Notes: a model not told the origin generated them from the sequence alone. 64,000 nucleotides of DNA from Actinomycetota bacterium (GCA_004366205.1 SIRW01000042.1:14963-78962), one strand, 5' to 3'; counted from the first letter of the stretch, positions 22,297 through 33,045 are shown. A program made the numbers and translations.

Positions 22297-23193
22297 ATGG
22301 AGACGGGCCGGCTGGTCACGCCCGAGGCGGTGGTCCTCCAGTTCGAGACCGCCGGGCTGGGGTCGCGCCTGCTCGCCGTCATGATCGACCTGGCGATCCT
22401 CGGGGTGGTGCTCGTCGCCGCGGCGACCGGGCTCACCGCCTTCGCCGAGGTCGGCGCGCTCACGTCGGGCGTCGCCGTGGCGGTGCTCTTCGTCGTGATC
22501 TTCGCCTGCCTGTTCGGCTACTTCGTGGGGTTCGAGACCCTGTGGCGGGGCCGCACGCTCGGGAAGGCCGCGCTCGGGCTGCGGGTGGTCACGCGGGAGG
22601 GCGCCCCGGTGGGCTTCCGGCACGCGGCGATCCGCGCCGCCCTCACGATGATCGACTTCTGGCTGACCAGCGGCGCGGGCGCCGTGCTCACCGTGCTGTT
22701 CACCCGGCAGAACCAGCGGCTGGGCGACCTCGCCGCCGGCACGCTCGTGCTGCGGGAGCGCACGGGCGCGACGCCGCCGGCGGCGGTGCGGTTCCCCGCC
22801 CCCCCGGGCTGGGAGGGGTACGTGGCGTCGCTGGACGTCGCCGCCATGACGGCCGCTGAGTACCAGGCCGCCCGCTCCCTCTTGATGCGGGCGGCCACGC
22901 TGCCGCCGGCCGTGCGCACGAACCTCGCCGCCGAGCTGGGCACCAGCCTGGCGACCCGGTTGCGCCACGGTGTGCCCGAGGGCATGGGCCCCGAGCTGTA
23001 CCTGGCGTGCGTGGCCGCCGCCTACCAGCAGCGCGCCGGCGGCCCGCTCGGCGCACCCGAGGCCGCGGCGCCGGCGTGGCACCCGGCCCGGGAGGTCTGG
23101 GCTCCCACGCCCGCCGGGGGCGCCGCGCCGGCGCCGGCGGGCGTGGCCGACCCGGCACCCTCCACGCCGGGCCCGTTTGCCCCACCCGGCTGA
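22297..23193 (+). CDS. RDD family membrane protein
   Basis: Sequence: AGLGSRLLAVMIDLAILGVV...GRTLGKAALGLRVV...RQNQRLGDLAAGTLVL, i.e. RDD-domain architecture, followed by a Pro/Ala-rich tail. Confidence 0.75.
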   Translation: METGRLVTPEAVVLQFETAGLGSRLLAVMIDLAILGVVLVAAATGLTAFAEVGALTSGVAVAVLFVVIFACLFGYFVGFETLWRGRTLGKAALGLRVVTREGAPVGFRHAAIRAALTMIDFWLTSGAGAVLTVLFTRQNQRLGDLAAGTLVLRERTGATPPAAVRFPAPPGWEGYVASLDVAAMTAAEYQAARSLLMRAATLPPAVRTNLAAELGTSLATRLRHGVPEGMGPELYLACVAAAYQQRAGGPLGAPEAAAPAWHPAREVWAPTPAGGAAPAPAGVADPAPSTPGPFAPPG

Positions 23194-23227
23194 CGCTCCC
23201 CCCGCCCCCCCGCCCCCGCCCCAACGC

Positions 23228-23340
23228 GTTCTCGAGGCTGAGCGCGCCGGGTTCCGGCACGCTCGGCCTCGAGTTGGGGTGGGCCGGACGTTCTCGAGGC
23301 CGGGCGCGCCGGGTTCCGGGTCGCTCGGCCTCGAGTTGGG
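23228..23340. repeat. two tandem copies (period 62 nt) of a roughly 50-nt palindromic intergenic element (REP-like), locus A
   Basis: Copy 1 (23228-23279): GTTCTCGAGGCTGAGCGCGCCGGGTTCCGGCACGCTCGGCCTCGAGTTGGGG. Copy 2 (23290-23340): GTTCTCGAGGCCGGGCGCGCCGGGTTCCGGGTCGCTCGGCCTCGAGTTGGG. Each folds as an imperfect stem of about 20 bp, CTCGAGGC..GCGCCGG / CCGG..GCCTCGAG, around a GTT loop. The same element recurs at 37919-38037. Confidence 0.85.
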
Positions 23341-23352
23341 TGGGGGCGCCGG

Positions 23353-23358
23353 TAGCCT
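23353..23358 (+). promoter_or_regulatory. candidate -10 hexamer TAGCCT, 7 nt upstream of GTG 23366 (leaderless iscS)
   Basis: TANNNT with no SD. An identical TAGCCT hexamer with the same spacing precedes pknB (31052) and ilvD (44721). Confidence 0.4.
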
Positions 23359-23365
23359 CGCGGCG

Positions 23366-24535
23366 GTGGAGCGCCCGCTCGTGTACCTCGACCACGCGGC
23401 GACCACGCCGCTTCGGCCCGAGGCCTTCGAGGCGATGCGGCCGTGGCTGACCGAACGTGCCGGCAACCCCTCCGGCGGGCACAGCGCCGCCCGGGCGGCC
23501 CGGGCCGCCATCGAGGAGGCGCGGGAGGTCGTGGCCACGTGCCTCGGGGCGGCTCCGGGCGAGGTGGTCTTCACGAGCGGCGGGACCGAAGCCGACAACC
23601 TGGCGGTCACCGGCGTGCTGGCGCGCCGAGGGGGATCGGCCGTGTGCAGCGCCGTCGAGCACCACGCCGTCCTGCACGCCGTCGAGCGCTCGGGGGGCTG
23701 CACCGTGACCGTCGACGCCGCGGGCGTGGTCGATCTCGACGCGCTCGCCGCGACCCTCGACGGCGGCGTCTCGCTCGTGTCGGTGATGCTCGCCAACAAC
23801 GAGGTCGGCACCGTCCAGCCCCTCGACGCCGTCGCCGGGGTGGTCCGCCGGGCCGCGCCCGGCGCTGTGCTCCACACCGACGCCGTCCAGGCCGTGGCGT
23901 GGGTGGACGTCGCCGCGGCGGCCGCCCCCGCCGACCTGGTGGCCGTCAGCGCCCACAAGTTCGGCGGCCCCCAGGGCGCCGGCGCCCTCGTCGTCCGGGA
24001 GGGGGTGGAGCTCGAGCCCATGCTCGTCGGCGGTGGCCAGGAGCGGGAGCGCCGCAGCGGCACCCAGAACGTGGCGGGCATCGTCGGCATGGCCGCCGCC
24101 CTCGAGGCGACCGTCGCCCAGCGTCCGGTCGTGGAGCCCCGGGTCCGGGCGCTGCGCGACCGCCTCGTCGACGGGCTCGCCGCGGCCGTCCCCGGCTGCG
24201 TCGAGAGCGGCCGGCGCGACACGAAGGTGGCGTCGATCGCCCACGTGCTCGTCGACGGTGTCGAGAGCGAGGCGCTGCTCGTCCTGCTCGACGAGGCCGG
24301 CCTCTGCGCCAGCGCGGCGTCGTCCTGCGCCAGCGGGGCGCTCGAGCCCTCCCACGTGCTCGCCGCCATGGGCGTGCCCCGCGCCCTCGCCGCCGGGTCG
24401 CTGCGCCTGTCGTTGGGCTGGCCCAGCACCGACGGCGACGTCGACCGGGCGATCGACATCGTCGCTGACGCCGTGCGCCGGCTGCGCGCCGGCGGCGCCG
24501 CCATCGACCTGCCCGCCGCCGGCGCGCGGGGGTGA
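23366..24535 (+). CDS. iscS: cysteine desulfurase (IscS/NifS class)
   Basis: Sequence: VERPLVYLDHAATTPLRPE...FTSGGTEADNLAV...SAHKFGGPQGAGALVV (PLP-Lys)...ASSCASGALEPSHVL (active-site Cys loop). mnmA is immediately downstream. Confidence 0.9.
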   Translation: MERPLVYLDHAATTPLRPEAFEAMRPWLTERAGNPSGGHSAARAARAAIEEAREVVATCLGAAPGEVVFTSGGTEADNLAVTGVLARRGGSAVCSAVEHHAVLHAVERSGGCTVTVDAAGVVDLDALAATLDGGVSLVSVMLANNEVGTVQPLDAVAGVVRRAAPGAVLHTDAVQAVAWVDVAAAAAPADLVAVSAHKFGGPQGAGALVVREGVELEPMLVGGGQERERRSGTQNVAGIVGMAAALEATVAQRPVVEPRVRALRDRLVDGLAAAVPGCVESGRRDTKVASIAHVLVDGVESEALLVLLDEAGLCASAASSCASGALEPSHVLAAMGVPRALAAGSLRLSLGWPSTDGDVDRAIDIVADAVRRLRAGGAAIDLPAAGARG

Positions 24536-24542
24536 GGCTGCC

Positions 24543-25568
24543 GTGAAGGTGCTCGTCGCCATGTCGGGCGGGGTCGACTCGTCGGTCGCGGCCGCCCTGC
24601 TCGCCGAGGCCGGCCACGACGTCGCCGGCGTCACGCTGAAGCTCTGGGGTGGCGCATCCGACCGCGGCTGCTGCTCGGTGGCCGACGTGGACGACGCCCG
24701 CCGGGTGGCCGACCAGCTCGGGATCCCCCACTACGTGTTCGGGTTGGCCGACGACTTCTCGACCGGTGTCGTCGAGCCCTACGTGGCGGCCCACGCCGCC
24801 GGGCGCACCCCCAACCCGTGCGTCGAGTGCAACCGCCACGTGAAGTTCGACCGGCTGCTGCGGCGGGCCCTGGCGATGGGCTTCGACGCCGTCGCCACCG
24901 GGCACCACGCCCGCATCGAGCGCACCAGTGCCGGGCGCTGGCGGCTGCGCCGCGGCGCCGACGCCGCCAAGGACCAGAGCTACGTGCTGCACATGCTGGG
25001 CCAGGCGCACCTGGCCCGGGTGTTGCTGCCCGTGGGTGGGCTCACCAAGCGCGAGGTGCGGTCGCGCGCGGCGGCGATGGGTCTGCGCACCGCCCGCAAG
25101 CCCGACAGCCAGGACGTGTGCTTCGTCGCCGGCAGCGACCGGCGGGCCTTCCTCGGTGGGCGCATCCCGCTGCACCCCGGCCGGGTCGTGGACACCAGCG
25201 GGCAGGAGGTCGGGTCGGTGGCGGCCGTCGAGCTGGTCACGGTCGGCCAGCGGCGGGGGCTCGGCCTGCCCGGCGGCACGCACGAGCCCCGCTACGCGCT
25301 GGCCGTCGACGTGGCGGCCCGCACGGTCACCGTCGGCTCCGAGGACGACCTGTCCACCACCGAGACGGCGGTGGAGGGCTGGACCTGGGTCGATGCGCCC
25401 GCGGCCGGCGCCGTCCACGCGCAGTGCAGCGCCCACGGGGAGGCCCTGCCCGCGACGCTCGATGGCGGCGTCCTGCGCTGGGACGCTCCTCGCCGGCGGG
25501 TCGCGCCGGGCCAGAGCGTCGTCCTCTACGACGGCGACGTCGTGCTCGGCGGGGGCACCGCGGCGTGA
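24543..25568 (+). CDS. mnmA: tRNA 2-thiouridine(34) synthase
   Basis: Sequence: VKVLVAMSGGVDSSVAAALL (PP-loop), RTPNPCVECNRHVKFDRLL, DQSYVLHML, KPDSQDVCF. Confidence 0.92.
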   Translation: MKVLVAMSGGVDSSVAAALLAEAGHDVAGVTLKLWGGASDRGCCSVADVDDARRVADQLGIPHYVFGLADDFSTGVVEPYVAAHAAGRTPNPCVECNRHVKFDRLLRRALAMGFDAVATGHHARIERTSAGRWRLRRGADAAKDQSYVLHMLGQAHLARVLLPVGGLTKREVRSRAAAMGLRTARKPDSQDVCFVAGSDRRAFLGGRIPLHPGRVVDTSGQEVGSVAAVELVTVGQRRGLGLPGGTHEPRYALAVDVAARTVTVGSEDDLSTTETAVEGWTWVDAPAAGAVHAQCSAHGEALPATLDGGVLRWDAPRRRVAPGQSVVLYDGDVVLGGGTAA

Positions 25569-25669
25569 GCGAGCCGTCGCGGGTGTCGGCCCGCCAGGCG
25601 CTGGTCCTGATCGCCGTGGTCTTCGCCCTCGGCGTGGTCATCGGCTTCGTGCTCGGCGCCGCCCGCTGA
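25565..25669 (+). CDS. possible 34-aa single-TM micro-protein, translationally coupled to mnmA
   Basis: GTG 25565 overlaps the mnmA stop (GTGA). Sequence: VSEPSRVSARQALVLIAVVFALGVVIGFVLGAAR. There is only one clean hydrophobic helix and no homology evidence available to me. Confidence 0.25.
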   Translation: MSEPSRVSARQALVLIAVVFALGVVIGFVLGAAR

Positions 25670-25705
25670 CGGTGGACGGGCGCGGTCGCGCCGGGCACCC
25701 GCCGG

Positions 25706-25723
25706 CGCCGCCTCCTGGCGGCG
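25706..25723. terminator. short GC hairpin between convergent genes
   Basis: CGCCGCC-TCCT-GGCGGCG (7-bp stem, 4-nt loop). No U-tract. Confidence 0.3.
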
Positions 25724-25729
25724 AGGCGA

Positions 25730-26659
25730 TCAGCCGGTGGGGATGCGGCGGGGGCGGGCGTCGGCGAGCACCCAGCGGGGCCGGGTCGGTGTGAACAGGA
25801 ACCGGGTGAGCGCCGCGGTCTCGCCCTCGCGCCGGCGCCCCGGCCGCACCAGGACGGCCTCGACCGGTTCGGTGAGGTCGAGCTCGAGGGCCAGGCCCGG
25901 CGCACCCTGGGTGAGGTCCAGGGCGTCGGTGTCCGCCGGCGCCGGCCCGAGCCGGGCGATGCGGTTGCGCCGGAACAGGACGGGGTCGAGCACGGCGAAC
26001 CCGTCGTGCAGCACGACACCCGCGGGCACGAACACCAGCCAGCGGCGGCTCAGGCGGTGCAGGGCCTGCGCCATGGCGGCCGCGACGGGCAGCCCCACGG
26101 CGAGGGCGATGGCGCCGGCGATCCACTGCCGGGCCGCCAGCAGCAGCGGGCCCGCCGCCACCCCCGCAACCAGGGTCGCCCAGGCGAGCACGATCGGCCC
26201 GGCCAGGACCGGGCCCGGGGGCCGCAGCAGGTGGCGGCGCTCGTCGCCGTACGACGCGCCGTTCACGGCCACGTGGCCGACCGCCGGGGTCAGGGCGAGG
26301 ACTGCGGCCAGCCCGGTGGCCCCGAGCGCCAGCGGCGAGGCGGCGCCCACGGCGGCGGCGACGATGGCGGCAGCGAGCCCGGCGGGGACCACGACGCGGA
26401 CCACCGTCAGCGTCGCCGGCCTCGGGACGAGCGCGGCCACCAGCGTCAGCGCCCACACCGCCCAGAGCCCGGCGCTCACCGTGCGCTGGACCGGCGCCGA
26501 CCGCCCGTCGAGCGCCTCGGCGAAGGCGGGGCCGGCAGCCACGGCGACCAGCGCCCAGGTGGCGCGCAGCATCCACGCCACCCAGGACCGGTTGTCCACG
26601 GCGCGCAGGCGGGCGATCACGAGCAGTGAGACTTGCAGCCGCGGTGCCCGGGTGGCCAA
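25730..26659 (-). CDS. hypothetical integral membrane protein with a soluble C-terminal domain
   Basis: About 6 hydrophobic helices, then RRWLVFVPAGVVLHDGFAVLDPVLFRRNRI... The start is uncertain: the track start is TTG 26659, and ATG 26572 is an alternative. Confidence 0.5.
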   Translation of the reverse strand: MATRAPRLQVSLLVIARLRAVDNRSWVAWMLRATWALVAVAAGPAFAEALDGRSAPVQRTVSAGLWAVWALTLVAALVPRPATLTVVRVVVPAGLAAAIVAAAVGAASPLALGATGLAAVLALTPAVGHVAVNGASYGDERRHLLRPPGPVLAGPIVLAWATLVAGVAAGPLLLAARQWIAGAIALAVGLPVAAAMAQALHRLSRRWLVFVPAGVVLHDGFAVLDPVLFRRNRIARLGPAPADTDALDLTQGAPGLALELDLTEPVEAVLVRPGRRREGETAALTRFLFTPTRPRWVLADARPRRIPTG

Positions 26660-26691
26660 CGTAAGGGAGCCCCTGGGGGAAGGAGACGCCG

Positions 26692-27747
26692 GTGGCCCGA
26701 CGGCGGGAGACGAACGAGAGGGAGGGCTCGGTCGAGGCCGCGGCCGGCCCCGGCCCGCTGCAGGCCGGGCTCGTCACGTCCGGGGGCAGCCTCCCCCACG
26801 CCGACCCGCTCGCCGCCGCCCTCTTCGCGCTCGAGGAGCAACCCGACCTTCCCGCCGCGCCCCAGCTCCCCGCGCTCACCCCCCTCGAGGGCATGGTGGC
26901 GCAGTGGGCCTGGGGCATCCCGGGGGTGACGGTCGCCGGCGACGGGTCCCTCGCCGTCGACCCGGCCGCCCTCGACCCCGACGCCCCGGTCGACCCGGGG
27001 CTCGACCGCCCCGGCCACGAGGGGCTGCGCACGTTCCTCGACCTGGTCAGCGGCCGCACCCAGGCCGTCAAGCTGCAGCTCACCGGTCCGGTCACGCTCG
27101 CCCTCGCCCTCGCCGAAGCCGGAGCGCCGGCCGAGCGGGCCCTGGCCGTCACGGCCGCCGCCATCCGCACCAAGGCCGCGGCCCTGCTCGAGCTGGCCCG
27201 CGACCGGCTGCCCGAGGCGCCGCTGTTGGTCGTGGTCGACGAGCCCGCCTTCACCTTCCTCGGGTCCGCCGACTGCCCGGTCGATCCCGACTCGGCGGTG
27301 GACGCCCTGTCCTCGGCGCTGGCCGTGATGGAGGGCGACGCCGTCACGGGCGTGCACTGCTGTGGCCCCGTCGAGCTGCGCTACCTCACCCAGGCCGGCC
27401 CGCGGCTCCTGTCGGTGCCCGCCGCCCCCCACGTGCTCGCCGGCGCCGGGACCATCGCCTCGTTCCTCGAGGCCGGCGGCTGGGTCGCGTGGGGCGCCGT
27501 CCCCACCCACGCGCCCGTCGGCCCCAGCGCCGACCCGCTCTGGCGCCGGCTCACCGAGCTGTGGTGCGACCTGGTGCGGGCGGGCTGCGACCCCGTCGCC
27601 CTGCGCACCCGCGCCCTGGTGACGCCGGAGTGCGGGCTCGCCAACCACGGCCTGAGCCAGGCCCGCCTCGCCCTGCGGCTGGCCCGGGAGGTCGCCGGCC
27701 GGGTGGCCGACCAGGCGGCGGCGGCCAAGCTCTCCGTCGGCGCCTGA
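26692..27747 (+). CDS. MetE-C-terminal / URO-D-like (cobalamin-independent methionine synthase-like) family protein
   Basis: Strong SD GGAAGGAG 6 nt upstream of GTG 26692. The stretch VKLQLTGPVTLALAL...LLVVVDEPAF...VHCCG...VTPECGL resembles the small 'methionine synthase II-like' proteins that sit upstream of ligA in actinobacteria. This is from memory, not a search. Confidence 0.45.
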   Translation: MARRRETNEREGSVEAAAGPGPLQAGLVTSGGSLPHADPLAAALFALEEQPDLPAAPQLPALTPLEGMVAQWAWGIPGVTVAGDGSLAVDPAALDPDAPVDPGLDRPGHEGLRTFLDLVSGRTQAVKLQLTGPVTLALALAEAGAPAERALAVTAAAIRTKAAALLELARDRLPEAPLLVVVDEPAFTFLGSADCPVDPDSAVDALSSALAVMEGDAVTGVHCCGPVELRYLTQAGPRLLSVPAAPHVLAGAGTIASFLEAGGWVAWGAVPTHAPVGPSADPLWRRLTELWCDLVRAGCDPVALRTRALVTPECGLANHGLSQARLALRLAREVAGRVADQAAAAKLSVGA

Positions 27748-29823
<2,076 letters not shown>

Positions 29824-29850
29824 CCAGCCGGCCCGCCCGCTCGGCGTCGA

Positions 29851-30276
29851 TCAGGCCATCACCTGGAAGCACCAGGGGATCGAGCGGGCGTCGTCGCGGG
29901 TCTCGTTGATCCGCCACGCCAGGGCGGTGGCGCAGTGCCGGCCCGGCCGCAGCTCCTCGATGGCCTTGCCGGGTCCCGGCCGGAACCACACCTGGAACAG
30001 CTCGGGAACCCGTCGCAGCTGGTCGGGCGGGATCTCGACGCCCTCGACCTGCAGGGTGCCCGTCCAGCCGGGCTCGAACTCCACGCCGATCTCGAGGTCG
30101 CGCATGGTCTCGTCACCCGGCGGGCGGATCTCCTGGGCGCCGGGGGCGGGGAACACCCGCGAGACGCCCTCCCGGTCGGGCTGGCCCGGCTCGCCGGTCT
30201 GGCCGATCGTGAAGGCGTAGACGATCCCGAACAGCGCGACGCCGACGAGCGCGGTGATCACGAGGCGGCGGGTCAT
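29851..30276 (-). CDS. hypothetical membrane-anchored protein
   Basis: N-terminal TM MTRRLVITALVGVALFGIVYAF, then a soluble domain with balanced composition (W, F, I, E). Last gene of a 3-gene minus-strand operon. Confidence 0.5.
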   Translation of the reverse strand: MTRRLVITALVGVALFGIVYAFTIGQTGEPGQPDREGVSRVFPAPGAQEIRPPGDETMRDLEIGVEFEPGWTGTLQVEGVEIPPDQLRRVPELFQVWFRPGPGKAIEELRPGRHCATALAWRINETRDDARSIPWCFQVMA

Positions 30277-30641
30277 CGGCGGGGGAGGCCCACGGTCGGG
30301 AACCGGCTGACGGAGCGGCCGAGGAGGACCAGCACGGTGGCGGCGCTGCCGGCGAAGAGGGCGCGCAGCACCCCCGGGACGCCCGGGGCGGTCAGGGCGT
30401 ACAGCACGGTGGCGCCCTCGTACAGCAGGAGGGCGAGGAAGGAGCCGGCGCCGAGGCGGGTCACGCCCCGGCAGAACACCAGCTTGAGGACCAGGCAGGT
30501 GGCGACGAACGCCGTGCCCCGCCCGCCCCGCACCAGGACGAGGGCGACGAGGGCGACGGTCTCGGCGGTGGCCAGGCCGGCGGCGGCGCCGAGAGCGCCG
30601 GTCGCCCCGGGTGCGGTCCGCGAGGTCGTCACGGCGCTCAT
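30273..30641 (-). CDS. hypothetical small polytopic membrane protein
   Basis: Start placed at ATG 30641 (MSAVTTSRTAPG...). Three to four hydrophobic helices. The stop overlaps the downstream start (ATGA). The upstream part of track ORF 30273..30926 is Arg/Pro-rich shadow. Confidence 0.45.
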   Translation of the reverse strand: MSAVTTSRTAPGATGALGAAAGLATAETVALVALVLVRGGRGTAFVATCLVLKLVFCRGVTRLGAGSFLALLLYEGATVLYALTAPGVPGVLRALFAGSAATVLVLLGRSVSRFPTVGLPRR

Positions 30642-30991
30642 CGTTCCTCGGCGAACAGGCGGGACAGGCGGCGCTTCATGACCTCGATGCGCGTGCGGAG
30701 CTCGCCGTCGGGCAGGCCGTCGCGCACCGCCTCCATCACCTTCCACAGGCGGGGGTAGACGATCCCTTCGATGTCGACCGCGAGGCGGGGCGGCACCTCG
30801 GCGACCTGCATGCGCATGTGGATCGAGGACAGGAACCGGGCGAGCTGGCCCGAGAACTGGTCGTCGTGGTCCCGCTGCTCGGCCTCCAGGCGGTCGATGA
30901 TGGCGCGCAGGTGATCGGCGTCCCACAGGGAGCCGTCCCGGATGAAGGCCTCGATGGCATCGACGACCTCGGTGCGCACAGCCGCCATCAT
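30638..30991 (-). CDS. hypothetical soluble protein
   Basis: Start placed at ATG 30991 (MMAAVRTEVVDAIEAFIRDGSLWDADHLRAIIDRLEAEQRDHDDQF...). Protein-like composition, helical. Divergent from pknB. Confidence 0.45.
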   Translation of the reverse strand: MMAAVRTEVVDAIEAFIRDGSLWDADHLRAIIDRLEAEQRDHDDQFSGQLARFLSSIHMRMQVAEVPPRLAVDIEGIVYPRLWKVMEAVRDGLPDGELRTRIEVMKRRLSRLFAEER

Positions 30992-31051
30992 GGCCGGGCG
31001 ACGGGTCCGCCGCGTCGCGGGGGCATGCGCGGTGTGGCCGGTTCGCGCCGA

Positions 31052-31057
31052 TAGCCT
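31052..31057 (+). promoter_or_regulatory. candidate -10 hexamer TAGCCT, 6 nt upstream of GTG 31064
   Basis: TANNNT with no SD. Confidence 0.35.
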
Positions 31058-31063
31058 CTCGGC

Positions 31064-33010
31064 GTGCGCACGTCCCGCATGGTCGACCAGGTCGGCCGGG
31101 TGCTGGGGGGGCGTTACCGGCTCGTCGCCCCGATCGGCAGCGGCGCGTCGGCCCAGGTGTTCCTGGCCGACGACGTCACGCTCCGCCGGCGGGTGGCGGT
31201 GAAGGTCCTCCATCCCGCCCTGGCCGACGACGAGGCCTTCCTCCGGCGGTTCCGGGCGGAGGCCAGGTCGGCCGCGGCGCTGAGCCACCCGCACCTCGTC
31301 GCCGTGTACGACTGGGGGAAGGACGGCGGGCCGTTCCTGGTGCTCGAGTACCTCGGCGGGGGCAGCCTGGCGGCCATGCTCGACCGGGGCGCCCGGCTCA
31401 CGGTCGCCCAGGCGCTGCTCGTGGGACTCGAGGCCGTCCGGGGCCTCGACTTCGCCCACCGGCGGGGCTTCGTCCACCGCGACATCAAGCCCGGCAACCT
31501 GCTCTTCGACGAGGAAGGCCGCCTGCGGATCGCCGACTTCGGCCTCGCCCGGGCGCTGGCCGAGTCCGCGTGGACCGAGCCCACGGGCGACTTCGTGGGC
31601 AGCGCCCGCTACGCCTCACCCGAGCAGGCCCAGGGCCGCCCCGTCGACGGTGCCTCCGACCTGTACTCGCTGGGGCTGGTGCTGATCGAGGCCGTCACCG
31701 GCAAGGTGCCGTTCGCGGCCGACACGTCGATCGCCACCCTCATGGCCCGCGTCGGCGCCGAGGTGCCCGTGCCCGACGCCATGGGACCGCTGGCGCCGCT
31801 CCTCGCCGAGGTCGGCCGCCCCGACCCCGACGCCCGGCCCGACGCCGCCACCGTCGGCCGGCGACTCGTGGCCATCGCCCGCGACCTGGACGCCCCCGCC
31901 CCTCTGCCCCTCGCCCGCGCCGTCGACCTGTCCGCCCTGCGCGACCTCGCGGACCCGGAGCCCACGAAGCTCCCGGCCGCGCCGCCCCCCGCCGGCGGCA
32001 GGGACGGCTCCGAGGGGGAGGCAGTCGACCCCGAGCCGGCCGGCGGGCCGGCCGGCGCGCCGGCGGGCGCCGGCGAGGCCAGCCGGCGACGCCGCCGGGC
32101 GGCGGGCCCGGGCCGCCGGACCCGCCGGCTCGTGGTGGGCGCGGCCGTGGCGCTCGTGCTCGTCGCCGCCGGCATCGCCGGCGCGCTGGCGCTCGCGCCC
32201 GACCCGCCACCCGAGCACGCCATGCCGTCGCTGGTGGGCATGAGCTCGATCGAGGCCCGTGACGCCCTCGCCCGCATCGGGGTGCGGCCCGCCGCCCCCG
32301 ACACCCGCCACGTGGAGGGCACGGCCTCGGGGCTGGTCATCGACCAGGACCCCAGCGCCGGCACGATGGTCGCCGAGGGCAGCACCGCCTCGTTCGTCGT
32401 GTCGCTGGGCCCACCTCCGGTCGAGGTGCCGTCCCTCGAGAGCCTCCACCAGGACCAGGTCGCTGCCGTGCTCGAAGGGGCGCGCCTCGTGCTCGGCGCC
32501 GTCGAGCCCGTCCACCACGAGGACGTCGGCGCCGGGATCGTGCTCACGTGGCGGTACGGCGCGCGCGAGCGGCCGGAGCGGGCGCCCAGCGGCTCGGCGA
32601 TCGACGTCGTCGTGTCCGCCGGGCCCGCCCCTCGCACGGTGCCCGCCCTCGCGGGGGAGCGCTGGGAGGACGCCGCGCAGGCCCTGCGCGACCTCGGGCT
32701 CGTCGCCGAGCGTGACGATGCGTTCCACGACGCCGTCGAGGCCGGCCAGGTCATCACCACCCGGCCCGGTGCCGGCCAGCAGGTCGAGCGCGGGTCGGCG
32801 GTCACGGTCGTGGTGTCACGGGGTCCCGACCTGGTCACGGTGCCGGACCTCGCCGGCCGCAGCCTCGCCGAGGCCACCCGGATCCTCGAGCAGGCCGGGC
32901 TCGAGCGGGGCGACGTGTTCGGTCGGGGCGAACGGGTCTTCGACAGCGACCCGCGGGCCGGGGCGCGGGTGCGGCGCGGCACGGCCATCGACCTGTACGT
33001 CCGGCGCTGA
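31064..33010 (+). CDS. pknB: Ser/Thr protein kinase with TM segment and four extracellular PASTA domains
   Basis: Sequence: GSGASAQVFLADD...VAVKVL (Lys), HRDIKPGNLL, DFGLAR, SPEQA. This is followed by a Pro/Ala linker, TM LVVGAAVALVLVAAGIAGALAL and four PASTA-like units (e.g. VPDLAGRSLAEATRILEQAGL). Confidence 0.9.
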   Translation: MRTSRMVDQVGRVLGGRYRLVAPIGSGASAQVFLADDVTLRRRVAVKVLHPALADDEAFLRRFRAEARSAAALSHPHLVAVYDWGKDGGPFLVLEYLGGGSLAAMLDRGARLTVAQALLVGLEAVRGLDFAHRRGFVHRDIKPGNLLFDEEGRLRIADFGLARALAESAWTEPTGDFVGSARYASPEQAQGRPVDGASDLYSLGLVLIEAVTGKVPFAADTSIATLMARVGAEVPVPDAMGPLAPLLAEVGRPDPDARPDAATVGRRLVAIARDLDAPAPLPLARAVDLSALRDLADPEPTKLPAAPPPAGGRDGSEGEAVDPEPAGGPAGAPAGAGEASRRRRRAAGPGRRTRRLVVGAAVALVLVAAGIAGALALAPDPPPEHAMPSLVGMSSIEARDALARIGVRPAAPDTRHVEGTASGLVIDQDPSAGTMVAEGSTASFVVSLGPPPVEVPSLESLHQDQVAAVLEGARLVLGAVEPVHHEDVGAGIVLTWRYGARERPERAPSGSAIDVVVSAGPAPRTVPALAGERWEDAAQALRDLGLVAERDDAFHDAVEAGQVITTRPGAGQQVERGSAVTVVVSRGPDLVTVPDLAGRSLAEATRILEQAGLERGDVFGRGERVFDSDPRAGARVRRGTAIDLYVRR

Positions 33011-33029
33011 GCAGCAGGCCCCACCGAAC

Positions 33030-33045
33030 TTGACCGCCCGGTCAA
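33030..33045. promoter_or_regulatory. perfect 16-bp palindrome TTGACCGCCCGGTCAA, a candidate TetR operator overlapping a -35-like TTGACC
   Basis: 7-2-7 inverted repeat, 54 nt upstream of the SDR ATG. TATCGT (33055-33060) lies 19 nt downstream of TTGACC. The same palindrome is found at 37095-37110, next to the TetR gene. Confidence 0.55.

Noticed and set aside
22275-22463. 63-codon N-terminal extension of the SpoIIM-like gene (track start 22463)
   Set aside because: It overlaps the well-supported divergent RDD gene and is Ser/Thr/Ala/Arg-rich shadow sequence. GTG 22274 immediately precedes the conserved RYLARNQPTWDRL region.
23228-23340. Could the tandem palindromic repeats (here and at 37919-38037) be a CRISPR array?
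   Set aside because: There are only two copies per locus. The units are contiguous with about 10-nt linkers rather than 30-40-nt unique spacers. No cas genes are in the window. The repeats are long hairpins typical of REP-like elements.
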